Assembly: GCF_001457595.1 (NCBI RefSeq)
Contig: NZ_LN831039.1
Location: 2,220,001-2,252,000 of the forward strand
Origin: Mycolicibacterium smegmatis
GTDB taxonomy: Bacteria > Actinomycetota > Actinomycetes > Mycobacteriales > Mycobacteriaceae
Length of the DNA stretch: 32,000 nt
Direction of reading: 5' to 3'
This document shows positions 17,959 to 26,857 of this stretch, piece by piece (the stretch's first letter is position 1; every line of letters starts with the position of its first letter). Under the pieces are notes generated by a model. That model was given only the letters and a program-made list of their open reading frames with translations. It had not been told where the DNA came from and ran no database searches. The position numbers and the translations under genes are program-made.

Positions 17959-18464
17959 ATCTCGATCTGAGCCGCGTGACGGATGCCGCCACCCGGGTCT
18001 GGCGTAGCCGCGTCGGGAGATTGCGCACGTCCACGGTGGTGCTGATCGTGGCGTTCTTCGCGCTGTGGTGGCTGCAGCAGACCTACCAGCCCGAGCCCGC
18101 GCGAACCGAGACCCCGCAGGTGGTGCCGCCCGGATTCGTGCCCGACCCTGACTACACCTGGGTTCCGCGCACCAAAGTCGAGACGCCGCGCACCACGCGG
18201 ACCACCACTCCCACCACGACGACCACCACGCCGCCGCCGACATCGGAGACACCGACCACGACCCCGACGGGCCCGCTCGGTCCCGGTGACACGACGAGCC
18301 CCACCAGCCCGACGAGCACATCGCCCGGTCCGGCGACGACGGTCGTGGACCCGGATGGGCCGGGGATCCTGCCGCCGATCACGTTGCCCGTGCTGCCCGG
18401 CGCGGCGCCCGCCCCGGCGCCGACACCGACGCCTGAGCCGACGCCGCCTGCGCCGCCGCAGTAG
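17955..18464 (+). CDS. Membrane-anchored Pro/Thr-rich protein (Rv3103c-like position)
   Basis: 169 aa. One TM helix (VVLIVAFFALWWL) is followed by low-complexity TTRTTTPTTTTTTPPPTSETPTTTPTGP...PAPAPTPTPEPTPPAPPQ. The GTGA overlap with the mscS stop suggests translational coupling. Confidence 0.6.
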   Translation: MNLDLSRVTDAATRVWRSRVGRLRTSTVVLIVAFFALWWLQQTYQPEPARTETPQVVPPGFVPDPDYTWVPRTKVETPRTTRTTTPTTTTTTPPPTSETPTTTPTGPLGPGDTTSPTSPTSTSPGPATTVVDPDGPGILPPITLPVLPGAAPAPAPTPTPEPTPPAPPQ

Positions 18465-18506
18465 CGCGGCTCGGCTCGACCGCTCGCACCGCTACACTGG
18501 CGTGCC

Positions 18507-19199
18507 GTGATGATCACCCTCGACCACGTGACGAAGCAGTACAAGTCTTCGGCGCGCCCAGCCCTCGACGATGTCTCGTTGAAGATCGACAAGGGTGAGT
18601 TCGTCTTCCTCATCGGCCCGTCCGGGTCGGGCAAGTCGACGTTCATGCGGCTGTTGCTGGGGGCCGAGACGCCGACCTCTGGCGACGTGCAGGTGTCGAA
18701 GTTTCACGTCAACAAGCTGCCCGGCCGTCACATCCCGAGCCTGCGCCAGGTGATCGGCTGTGTGTTCCAGGATTTCCGTCTGCTGCAGCAGAAGACGGTG
18801 TTCGAGAACGTGGCGTTCGCTCTGGAGGTGATCGGCAAGCGCGCCGACACCATCAACCGGGTGGTGCCCGACGTGCTGGAGATGGTGGGACTTTCCGGCA
18901 AGGCGAACCGCCTGCCCAGTGAACTCTCCGGTGGTGAGCAGCAGCGGGTGGCCATCGCCCGCGCGTTCGTCAACCGGCCGCTGGTGCTGATCGCCGACGA
19001 GCCCACCGGCAACCTGGACCCGGAGACCAGCAAGGACATCATGGATCTCCTCGAGCGGATCAACCGCACCGGGACCACCGTGGTCATGGCCACCCACGAC
19101 CATCACATCGTCGACTCCATGCGTCAGCGGGTCGTCGAACTCGAACTCGGCCGGCTGATCCGTGATGAGCAGCGCGGCGTCTACGGAATGGATCGCTAG
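18507..19199 (+). CDS. ftsE: Cell division ATP-binding protein FtsE
   Basis: 230 aa. Walker [11 protein letters not shown]-loop, signature [14 protein letters not shown] and Walker [11 protein letters not shown] are all present. It is directly followed by ftsX. The start is GTG 18507 or ATG 18510. Confidence 0.95.
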   Translation: MMITLDHVTKQYKSSARPALDDVSLKIDKGEFVFLIGPSGSGKSTFMRLLLGAETPTSGDVQVSKFHVNKLPGRHIPSLRQVIGCVFQDFRLLQQKTVFENVAFALEVIGKRADTINRVVPDVLEMVGLSGKANRLPSELSGGEQQRVAIARAFVNRPLVLIADEPTGNLDPETSKDIMDLLERINRTGTTVVMATHDHHIVDSMRQRVVELELGRLIRDEQRGVYGMDR

Positions 19200-20095
19200 T
19201 GCGCTTCGGCTTTCTCATGAACGAAGTCCTGACCGGACTTCGTCGCAACGTCACGATGACCGTGGCGATGGTGCTCACCACGGCCATCTCCATCGGCCTG
19301 TTCGGTGGGGGTCTGCTGGTGGTCCGGTTGGCCGACCAGTCGCGCGACATCTACCTCGACCGCGTCGAGAGCCAGGTCTTCCTCACCGACGACATCTCGG
19401 CCAATGACCCGACGTGCGATTCGGATCCGTGTAAGGCCCTGTACCGCAAGATCGACGACCGCGACGACGTGCGCTCGCTGCGGTTCCTCAACCGCGAGCA
19501 GGCCTACGACGACGCGATCAAGAAGTTCCCGCAGTACAAGGACGTCGCAGGCAAGGACGCGTTCCCCGCGTCGTTCGTCGTCAAGCTCGTCGACCCCGAG
19601 AACCACGAAGAGTTCGACCAGTCCATGATCGGCCAACCCGGTGTGCTCAACGTGCTCAACCAGAAGGACCTGATCGACCGGTTGTTCGCGGTCCTCGACG
19701 GCATCAGCAGCGCGGCGTTCGCGGTCGCGCTGGTACAGGCGATCGGAGCGGTGCTGCTGATCGCGAACATGGTGCAGGTGGCCGCGTACACGCGGCGCAC
19801 CGAGATCGGCATCATGCGTCTGGTCGGCGCGACGCGGTGGTACACGCAGTTGCCGTTCCTCGTCGAGGCGATGCTCGCCGCGCTGATCGGTGTCATCCTC
19901 GCGATCGTCGGACTGATCACGGTGCGTGCGTTGTTCCTGGAGAAGGCGCTCGACCAGTTCTATCAAGCCAACCTGATCGCCAAGGTCGACTACGCGGACA
20001 TCCTGTATTACAGCGCGCCCTGGATGTTGTTCCTCGGGCTCGCGATGTCCGGTGTCACCGCGTATGTGACGCTGCGGCTCTACGTACGTAGGTAG
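19199..20095 (+). CDS. ftsX: Cell division permease-like protein FtsX
   Basis: 298 aa. The GTG start overlaps the ftsE TAG by 1 nt. N-terminal [20 protein letters not shown], an extracellular domain, then 3 C-terminal TM helices (FtsX topology). Confidence 0.9.
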   Translation: MRFGFLMNEVLTGLRRNVTMTVAMVLTTAISIGLFGGGLLVVRLADQSRDIYLDRVESQVFLTDDISANDPTCDSDPCKALYRKIDDRDDVRSLRFLNREQAYDDAIKKFPQYKDVAGKDAFPASFVVKLVDPENHEEFDQSMIGQPGVLNVLNQKDLIDRLFAVLDGISSAAFAVALVQAIGAVLLIANMVQVAAYTRRTEIGIMRLVGATRWYTQLPFLVEAMLAALIGVILAIVGLITVRALFLEKALDQFYQANLIAKVDYADILYYSAPWMLFLGLAMSGVTAYVTLRLYVRR

Positions 20096-20105
20096 TGAGG
20101 ACGAC

Positions 20106-20591
20106 GTGACCAAGAAGAGCGCCTCGAGCAACAACAAGGTGGTCGCCACCAACCGCAAGGCGCGACACAACTACACGATCCTGGAGACCTTCGAGGCCGG
20201 GATCGTGTTGATGGGCACGGAGGTCAAGAGTCTGCGCGAAGGGCAGGCCTCGCTGGCCGACGCGTTCGCCACGGTCGACGACGGCGAGATCTGGCTGCGC
20301 AACCTCCACATCGCCGAATATCACCACGGCACCTGGACCAACCACGCGCCGCGGCGCAACCGCAAGCTGCTGCTGCACCGCAAGCAGATCGACAACCTGA
20401 TCGGCAAGATCCGCGACGGCAACCTCACGCTGGTGCCGTTGTCGATCTACTTCACCGACGGCAAGGTCAAGGTCGAGCTCGCGCTGGCCCGCGGCAAGCA
20501 GGCGCACGACAAGCGCCAGGACATCGCCCGACGAGACGCTCAACGCGAGGTGATCCGCGAGCTGGGCCGCCGGGCCAAGGGCAAGATCTGA
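20106..20591 (+). CDS. smpB: SsrA-binding protein SmpB
   Basis: 161 aa. [29 protein letters not shown]...LLLHRKQI...LVPLSIYF is the canonical SmpB sequence. The GTG start follows GAGGA. Confidence 0.95.
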   Translation: MTKKSASSNNKVVATNRKARHNYTILETFEAGIVLMGTEVKSLREGQASLADAFATVDDGEIWLRNLHIAEYHHGTWTNHAPRRNRKLLLHRKQIDNLIGKIRDGNLTLVPLSIYFTDGKVKVELALARGKQAHDKRQDIARRDAQREVIRELGRRAKGKI

Positions 20592-20592
20592 T

Positions 20593-20614
20593 CGCCGAGT
20601 GTGGATTCTCGGCG
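20593..20614 (+). terminator. Weak hairpin immediately after smpB
   Basis: CGCCGAG (20593-20599) pairs with CTCGGCG (20608-20614) around an 8-nt loop, starting 2 nt after the TGA. There is no T-tract. Confidence 0.3.
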
Positions 20615-20755
20615 CCGATCGTGAACCCACGGCGGAATTCCGGGACCTTTCTCACCCCGTGGGCACGCTCGTAGCGAAAACTGCTCCCGCCGAACCCCTC
20701 GAACTGGCTAGATTCCACGTGATGGTTTCATCCGGAACGAAAGGGGCTGAGGGCC

Positions 20756-21859
20756 TTGGGCCGTGCGCGTGACTACGACATCATCATCGGAGATCTGCAG
20801 ACCGGACCACTCAATGCGATCACCGACGTCGACGGGGTGCGTGTGGGGCATACGACGTTGGTGTCCGGTTCGGGACCGCGAAATCCGGGCAACGGCCCGG
20901 TACGCACCGGTGTCACCGTCGTCATCCCGCGCGAGGAGCCGTGGAACCGGCCGCTGTTCGCCGCTCCGCACCGGCTCAACGGCAACGGTGAACTCACCGG
21001 GCAGCACTGGGTCGCCGAATCCGGGCAGCTCACCAGCTATATCGGCCTGACCAACACGCACAGCGTCGGCGTGGTGCGCGACGCGCTCATCGCCCATGAG
21101 AAGAGCGTCCGCGGCGACGAGTTCTTCTTCTCCCTACCGGTGGTCGGTGAAACGTGCGACGGCATTCTCAACGACCTGAACGGCTTCCACGTCCGGCCCG
21201 AGCATGTGGCGGAGGCCATCGAGAACGCGACCGACGGCCCTGTCGAAGAGGGCGCGGTGGGCGGCGGCACCGGCATGGTCGCGCACGGCTACAAGGGCGG
21301 CATCGGGACGTCGTCGCGAGTGGTCGGCGACCACACCGTCGGCGTGCTGGTGCAGGCCAATCACGGTGCACGCGAGCGCCTGATGATCGACGGTGTGCCG
21401 GTGGGTCGGCTGTTGCCGCCACCGCCGACGCCGGTGATCATGCCGGGCCAACCGCCCGAGGGCACCGGTTCGATCATCGTGCTCGTCGCCACCGACGCAC
21501 CCTTGATTCCGACCCAGTGCGCCCGATTGGCGCAGCGCGCCGCGCTCGGTATCGCCCGCACCGGCGGCGCGGGCGAGAACGGCAGCGGTGACATCGCGTT
21601 CTGCTTCGCCACCGGCAACGGTTTCGTCGGCGACTTCGCCGCCGAACCCGGACCGGACGTGGCCCAGATCAACATGCTGGCCAACCGGCTGATCGACGGC
21701 TTGTTCTACGCGACGGTCGAGGCGACCGAGGAAGCGATCATCAACGCGATGTTCGCCGCGGAGACCATGGAGGGGCCAGAGGGGCTGGTGGTGCATGCCC
21801 TGCCGCGGGACGAGACCGCTGAACTGGTCAAACGGTACCGATCCATGGTTGTCGGCTAG
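20756..21859 (+). CDS. DmpA/P1 (S58) family aminopeptidase
   Basis: 367 aa. The TTG start is preceded by GAAAGGGG. NAITDVDGVRVGHTT...TGVTVV...NGNGELTG...GAVGGGTGMVAHGYKGGIGTSS...IVLVATDAPL resembles L-aminopeptidase/D-esterase (DmpA, BapA) family proteins. Confidence 0.78.
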   Translation: MGRARDYDIIIGDLQTGPLNAITDVDGVRVGHTTLVSGSGPRNPGNGPVRTGVTVVIPREEPWNRPLFAAPHRLNGNGELTGQHWVAESGQLTSYIGLTNTHSVGVVRDALIAHEKSVRGDEFFFSLPVVGETCDGILNDLNGFHVRPEHVAEAIENATDGPVEEGAVGGGTGMVAHGYKGGIGTSSRVVGDHTVGVLVQANHGARERLMIDGVPVGRLLPPPPTPVIMPGQPPEGTGSIIVLVATDAPLIPTQCARLAQRAALGIARTGGAGENGSGDIAFCFATGNGFVGDFAAEPGPDVAQINMLANRLIDGLFYATVEATEEAIINAMFAAETMEGPEGLVVHALPRDETAELVKRYRSMVVG

Positions 21860-21896
21860 TTTCACCGCACTGTCGGAGAGCCGGGATTAAATGGGT

Positions 21897-21925
21897 GGAA
21901 CGCAGCGTTGTGCTCCGCGTATGAT
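21897..21925 (+). promoter_or_regulatory. Candidate ssrA promoter (-10 TATGAT at 21920-21925)
   Basis: A TANNNT-type hexamer lies about 48 nt upstream of the mature tmRNA 5' end. The -35 (GGAACG) is poor. A small hairpin, CCTGCC/GGCAGG at 21933-21949, would sit in the precursor leader. Confidence 0.25.
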
Positions 21926-21972
21926 GGGTGGTCCTGCCACCAGGGCAGGGTGTTGTTTCCACAACTGAACAA

Positions 21973-22341
21973 GGGGCTGAACGGTTTCGACTTCGAGCAT
22001 CGAATCCAGGGAAGCGTGCCGGTGCAGGCAAGAGACCACCGTAAGCGTCGTTGCAACCAATTAAGCGCCGATTCCAATCAGCGCGACTACGCCCTCGCTG
22101 CCTAAGCGACGGCTGGTCTGTCAGACCGGGAGTGCCCTCGGCCCGGATCCTGGCATCAGCTAGAGGGACCCACCCACGGGTTCGGTCGCGGGACCTGTGG
22201 GGACATCAAACAGCGACTGGGATCGTCATCTCGGCTTGTTCGTGTGACCGGGAGATCCGAGTAGAGACATAGCGAACTGCGCACGGAGAAGCCTCGAGGA
22301 CATGCCGTAGGACCCGGGTTCAATTCCCGGCAGCTCCACCA
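21973..22341 (+). ncRNA. ssrA: tmRNA (SsrA, 10Sa RNA)
   Basis: The 5' end GGGGCTGAACGGTTTCGACTTCGAGCATCGAATCCAGGGAAGC and the 3' end GGACCCGGGTTCAATTCCCGGCAGCTCCACCA form the tRNA-Ala-like acceptor/T-arm. The internal tag ORF GCC GAT TCC AAT CAG CGC GAC TAC GCC CTC GCT GCC TAA (22067-22105) encodes ADSNQRDYALAA. Confidence 0.96.
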
Positions 22342-22343
22342 GT

Positions 22344-22375
22344 AGAAGGGCCGCAGGATGCGGCCCTTCTTTTTT
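22344..22375 (+). terminator. Intrinsic terminator of ssrA, also placed to stop the convergent SBP56 gene
   Basis: AGAAGGGCCGC (22344-22354) pairs with GCGGCCCTTCT (22360-22370) around a 5-nt loop, followed by TTTTT (22371-22375). Confidence 0.88.
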
Positions 22376-22393
22376 GGTGCGGGCGGCGTGCGG

Positions 22394-23803
22394 TCAGCTC
22401 GGGTAGCAGTACGAGTCGCTCGACGCATCACCGCCCTGCAGCCGGACCTGGTGCACCCGCAGCCCGCGGAAATCTTCGCCGTGTAAGAAGAATCGGTCGT
22501 CCGGTACGAGGCCGCCCGCGGTGACGTCGGCGTCGAGCTTGATCATCCATGCGCCGACGCCGTCGGGGTAGAACGTGTCGTCCCACGCCGAGTACAGCGA
22601 GTTGGTGAGGTACACGCGTCGGCCGTCGCGGCTGATCTCCACCATTTGTGGTCCGCCCGCCAGAGCCAGATCGGGAGCGGCCGGGTGTGGTTCATGTCGG
22701 ACCATCCCGCCGAGGCGCACCGAAGCCGTCTCGCGCGGATGGAACGGATCACTCACGTCGAACTGCTTGAGTTCGCCGGTGCCCCAGCAGGATACGTAGA
22801 GCCAGCGATCGTCGACCGACAGGTCGATGTCGGAGACCAGCGGGGGAGCGGCGGCGAACGAGCGCAACAGCGGCGGTAGCTCGTCAGCGTCGGCGGGTTC
22901 GGCGGGGATGTTGATCACCTCGTCGACTGCCCACTGTTCGCCGTCCTTGTGCCACAGCCACACCGAGGCGGACAGATCCTCGGTGCTGATCACCGAGTTG
23001 ACGAATCCCCATGGGTGCGAGGGGTGGTGCGCGGGGCGCAGTTCGAGCACCATCTGGTGCTGTTCGCCGAGGTCGACGCGCTGGGTCAGTTTCCGTTCGG
23101 ACATACTCCAGAAGTCCACGTGGTGTCCGAACCTGTGGCCCAGCAGATCCGCCGGATCGAGCCCGTCCTCGATCATCGACGGCGCAGCCCATTCCGAGGT
23201 GATCACGGTGTCGAAATCGCGGTGCCACCAGACGTCGTAGGCGAAAAGCTGCGGCCCGCGGTCGATTTCCCACGGACCGATGACCTCGAACGTGTTGTGG
23301 TCGATGAGTGCGACGCCGCCGGGACCGTCAGCGCCGTTGGCGCCGCCCAGCGCGGACATGAAGATGCCGTCGGGTCCGCAGTGCACCGTGTGCGGACGCG
23401 AATAGCCGGCCTTGGCGGCCAGTTCGGTCGCATCGATCGTGTGGGTGATCATCGGATGGCGAGGGTCGGGCTTGGTGTCCAGGACGTATGTGGCCGACGA
23501 GCGCAGTCCCGGCACCAGCAGGTAGCGCCGCTCCAGCGCTCCATGGTTGCCACCGTGCCCGTCATGGCAGAGCGCGCTGGAGCATGCGCTCCAGCCGAAG
23601 TGGTGTAGCTCGCCACCAGCTATCGGCAGTTCGGTCCAGCCGACCACCTTCCCGAAATCCGGGGATCCTGGCTCGCAATCGACCGCGGCGAGCGCGTCGA
23701 GCTTTCGGCCGGTCGGGTCGAAGGCCACCACATAGGCGAGTTGTTCGGAATCGGCCGCGACTGCGTGCCCGGGGCTGCGGTAGAACGTCGGATCGGTGGG
23801 CAT
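22394..23803 (-). CDS. Selenium-binding protein (SBP56) family / methanethiol-oxidase-like protein
   Basis: I prefer ATG at 23803, preceded by AGGAGGAG (469 aa, MPTDPTFYRSPGHAV...). LAYVVAFDP...HHFGW..C...ERRYLLVPGLRSS..YVLD...PHTVHCGPDG...LVSDIDLSVDDRWLYVSCWGTGELKQFDVSDP matches the conserved SBP56 beta-propeller family. Confidence 0.85.
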   Translation of the reverse strand: MPTDPTFYRSPGHAVAADSEQLAYVVAFDPTGRKLDALAAVDCEPGSPDFGKVVGWTELPIAGGELHHFGWSACSSALCHDGHGGNHGALERRYLLVPGLRSSATYVLDTKPDPRHPMITHTIDATELAAKAGYSRPHTVHCGPDGIFMSALGGANGADGPGGVALIDHNTFEVIGPWEIDRGPQLFAYDVWWHRDFDTVITSEWAAPSMIEDGLDPADLLGHRFGHHVDFWSMSERKLTQRVDLGEQHQMVLELRPAHHPSHPWGFVNSVISTEDLSASVWLWHKDGEQWAVDEVINIPAEPADADELPPLLRSFAAAPPLVSDIDLSVDDRWLYVSCWGTGELKQFDVSDPFHPRETASVRLGGMVRHEPHPAAPDLALAGGPQMVEISRDGRRVYLTNSLYSAWDDTFYPDGVGAWMIKLDADVTAGGLVPDDRFFLHGEDFRGLRVHQVRLQGGDASSDSYCYPS

Positions 23804-23934
23804 GACTCCTCCTGAAGTCAGCGCTTTATTGACACTCTTGATAATTCGCCGCGGGCCGTGTGGTGTCCATACCCGTTCGGTACCCGGTTGTTCGAGGGCT
23901 TCGCGTCTGAGCGTCATCCCGGTTAGATTCAGGC

Positions 23935-24858
23935 ATGCTTTCTCGCCGGATCGGTGCTTGGGCGCTGATGGCCGCAGGCATCGCGCTCGTCGTCCCGGCC
24001 AGGCTGCCGGTGGCGTCCGCCGCTGAGTGCCCGGATGCCGAGGTGGTCTTCGCGCGCGGCACCGACGAGCCGGCCGGCCTAGGCCGTGTGGGCACCGCCT
24101 TCGTCGACGCGCTGCGCAAGCAGGCCGCAGGCCTGGAGATCGACGCTTACGCGGTGGACTACAAGGCAGGCAAGCTGCAGTTGAGCGGCGGGGACGGCGC
24201 GAAAGACGCGATCGCTCACATCAAATCCACGGTCTCGTCCTGCTCGAACACCAAGATCGTGCTGGGCGGCTACTCGCAGGGCGCGAGCGTGGTCAACATC
24301 GCGGCCGGAAACCAACTGGGCGGCATCACCTGGGCCGATCCGCTGCCGGCGCAGTACGCGAACAACGTCGCGGCGATCGTCACGTTCGGCGACATCGCCA
24401 CCCGCACAGGGGAGGCATTGTCGACTCGCAGCAACTTGTTCGGTTCCAAGGCCATCGATCTGTGCAACCCCAGCGACCCGATCTGCCATGCGGGTCAGGG
24501 CAACGAGTGGAGCGGACACACCGATGGTTACGTCCCCGTGTACACCACCCAGGCGGCGGTGTTCGCGGCGGCCAAGCTGCGGGCCGGCTCCGGCCGTTCG
24601 GTGCCGGGATACGGCACGGTGCCGGAATACGGGCCTGGCTATGGACCTGGCTATGGATCCGGCAACGGGCAGGGGTACGGGCCCCTGTACGGGCCCGCGA
24701 CCCCGGGGTACGACCCGGAGTCGCCGACGCACGGTCCGCCCCCGGGATACGTCCCGGCGCCGCCTGGGTATGTGCCTGAGACCCCCGGCTACGAGCTGCC
24801 CGGGCCGTCGGCGGCCGAACCTTCGGCCGAGGTGGGGTTGGTCTCCGCAGTCGGCTGA
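23935..24858 (+). CDS. Secreted cutinase-family serine esterase with a C-terminal Pro/Gly/Tyr-rich repeat tail
   Basis: 307 aa. A signal peptide ends in VASAAEC, then [24 protein letters not shown] (nucleophile Ser), and CNPSDPIC...H. The tail from about aa 217 carries about 10 (P/x)GY motifs. Confidence 0.85.
   Translation: MLSRRIGAWALMAAGIALVVPARLPVASAAECPDAEVVFARGTDEPAGLGRVGTAFVDALRKQAAGLEIDAYAVDYKAGKLQLSGGDGAKDAIAHIKSTVSSCSNTKIVLGGYSQGASVVNIAAGNQLGGITWADPLPAQYANNVAAIVTFGDIATRTGEALSTRSNLFGSKAIDLCNPSDPICHAGQGNEWSGHTDGYVPVYTTQAAVFAAAKLRAGSGRSVPGYGTVPEYGPGYGPGYGSGNGQGYGPLYGPATPGYDPESPTHGPPPGYVPAPPGYVPETPGYELPGPSAAEPSAEVGLVSAVG
24634..24657 (+). repeat. Tandem 12-nt direct repeat (CCTGGCTATGGA x2) inside the cutinase tail
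   Basis: 24634-24645 and 24646-24657 are identical and encode PGYG-PGYG. Confidence 0.9.
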
Positions 24859-24990
24859 CCTACCGCTCGGCTGATGTTGAGTGGGGTCAGTCACGCACCG
24901 TTCGCTTCGACGGAACGGATCACAGATCGGCGAACGGCGCGACAGTCCTGACGCCGGCCGCACGCTCCGTCAATCACGGCCGACGTGACA

Positions 24991-25734
24991 TCAGACCAGC
25001 GTCACAATCGCACTCACCGCCACCACCAGCACCACCAGACGCAACGCCCGCGCCGAGAGCCGCCGGCCCACTTTGGCTCCGACCACGCCACCCAACACCG
25101 AGCCCGCCGTGATCAGCAGCACCACCACCCAGTCGACCGGAGCCAGCAGGGCATAGAAAACCCCGGCCGTAGTGTTGGCGACCATGCCGAGCAGGTTCTT
25201 GATCGCGTTGGCTTCCCGTGGATCGTCGGAGTACGCGAACTTGAGCACCCCGAGCATGATGACACCCTGCGCCGCACCGAAGTAGCCGCCGTAGATTCCC
25301 GTGGCTCCCAGCGGAATATGCAACCGCCACAGCGATCGGTTCGACGGCTGGCCGTCGTCATCCCGGGTGAGGCTGCGCGACGGTACGTACATCAGGATGC
25401 AGCCGATCGCGATCAGATACGGCGCCACGGTCGCGAACACATCAGACGGTGCGAGCACCAGCAATGCCCCGCCCAGCACCGCCCCGATCGCCACCGCCAC
25501 ACTCAGGGTCACCAGCAGTCGTCGATGCCGCGGCAGCCACCGGCGGAACCCGATCGCCCCGGATGCCGAGCCGGCGATCAACCCGATGCAGTTGGAGGCG
25601 TTGGCTGTCACCGGCGGGACACCCGCGGCCAGCAGCGTCGGAAACGTGATCAGGGTGCCGGCACCGACGACGGCGTTCATCACTCCTGCGGCGAATCCGG
25701 CCAGCATCGCCAGCACCGCGGTCAGAGGACTCAC
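24991..25734 (-). CDS. TauE/SafE (DUF81) family anion (sulfite/organosulfonate) exporter
   Basis: 247 aa, a polytopic membrane protein with repeated halves (GFAAGVMNAVVGAGTLITFPTLL ... GIYGGYFGAAQGVIMLGVL), typical of TauE/SafE. The GTG start lies 19 nt after the upstream stop and is preceded by AAGGGG. Confidence 0.78.
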   Translation of the reverse strand: MSPLTAVLAMLAGFAAGVMNAVVGAGTLITFPTLLAAGVPPVTANASNCIGLIAGSASGAIGFRRWLPRHRRLLVTLSVAVAIGAVLGGALLVLAPSDVFATVAPYLIAIGCILMYVPSRSLTRDDDGQPSNRSLWRLHIPLGATGIYGGYFGAAQGVIMLGVLKFAYSDDPREANAIKNLLGMVANTTAGVFYALLAPVDWVVVLLITAGSVLGGVVGAKVGRRLSARALRLVVLVVAVSAIVTLV

Positions 25735-25753
25735 CGCTGCCCCTTATCGCATG

Positions 25754-26857
25754 TCACACCTTGCTGAACTGTGCGGCGGTGAGCTGATACTGCTCGATGG
25801 CGGCCGAGCATCCGAAGCCGTGCCCCAGGTACATCGTCAGATCGGTCAGATCCATCACCACGGACACGTTGGTGCGGCCAAGCACCTGATGCGTGCCGAC
25901 GGGTCCCCCGTGCCGGCAGATGCCCTCGGGTTCTCCTTGGTGATCGCCCAGGATCGATTGGATCTCCTTGACGTTGATTCCGGTGCTCGATACCGCGTCG
26001 GAGAGCAGGTGCTCCGCACGCGCTTGGCGAAAGTAGCTGCCCGGTGAGATGTTCCGCAGAATCTGCGTTCGATCCAGCACACCGGCCTGCTTGCCGAGGA
26101 AGTGATTGGCGTGTGCCACGTAACCGTGATCGGGGAAATGCAGGGTGTAGCCGGACGGACTGTATTCCAGGTCGACGATCTCCCCTGAGCTGCTGCCGAT
26201 GACGTAGTTGCCGGACCCGCCACGTTCGGAACCGGTCACCGACCACACCGCCTCCAACGCGCTGCGACTCTGCAGCACACCCCGGGCCAGGGTATGGAAG
26301 CTTCCGCCAACCCGATTTACATTGGAGCCCAGCAGGTTCACGCACAAACCGACACCATCGGAGTTCATCCCGAACTTGGCCACCATGCCGGCCTCGGTGA
26401 CCGTGACCATCCGCAGACCGTCGACCGGCTCGAACTCGAGCATCAACGTCAACGGCAAGGTGTCGGCCAGCCAGTCCCAGTTCTCGGCCAGATACACGTG
26501 ACCGTTGGTGGTGCTGACCGGGGGCACCCCCAGCGAGGTGCACTCGCTGGCCGACATCAACCCGGATGCGCCGTAGGCTATTTCGGTCCGGAAGTTCAAC
26601 GCGATGATGTCGGCGACCGGAAGGTCGGCCCCCGCAGCGATCCCGTCGATCTCTTCGCTGAGGTCGGGGTCGGTGGCGCACAGCCAATCCCGGTACGGCT
26701 TCCCGAGCTCACGGGCCGCCGGCCAGGAGATGTTCGCAAACGATTCGAACCACCGTTGATATACCTGGATACACTCCCGGATCTCGTCGCGGGTGTGTTC
26801 ACCGTAGGCGACACCGCGCTCATGCGCGGTGCCCGCCAGTCGCAGCACCCTCATCAT
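25754..26857 (-). CDS. C45 family peptidase / acyl-CoA:6-aminopenicillanic-acid acyltransferase-like Ntn hydrolase
   Basis: The start is taken at ATG 26857, which overlaps the upstream TGA (ATGA). MMRVLRLAGTAHERGVAYGEH...SECTSLGV...YLAENWDW...TEAGMVAKFGMNSDGVGLCVNLL...GNYVIG fits the AAT/C45 family pattern with a Cys nucleophile. Confidence 0.72.
   Translation of the reverse strand: MMRVLRLAGTAHERGVAYGEHTRDEIRECIQVYQRWFESFANISWPAARELGKPYRDWLCATDPDLSEEIDGIAAGADLPVADIIALNFRTEIAYGASGLMSASECTSLGVPPVSTTNGHVYLAENWDWLADTLPLTLMLEFEPVDGLRMVTVTEAGMVAKFGMNSDGVGLCVNLLGSNVNRVGGSFHTLARGVLQSRSALEAVWSVTGSERGGSGNYVIGSSSGEIVDLEYSPSGYTLHFPDHGYVAHANHFLGKQAGVLDRTQILRNISPGSYFRQARAEHLLSDAVSSTGINVKEIQSILGDHQGEPEGICRHGGPVGTHQVLGRTNVSVVMDLTDLTMYLGHGFGCSAAIEQYQLTAAQFSKV

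Noticed and set aside
22342-23934. Possible genomic island or prophage integrated at the tmRNA 3' end.
   Set aside because: There is no integrase, no direct repeat of the tmRNA 3' end, and no compositional shift. The terminator and a convergent SBP56 gene follow immediately.
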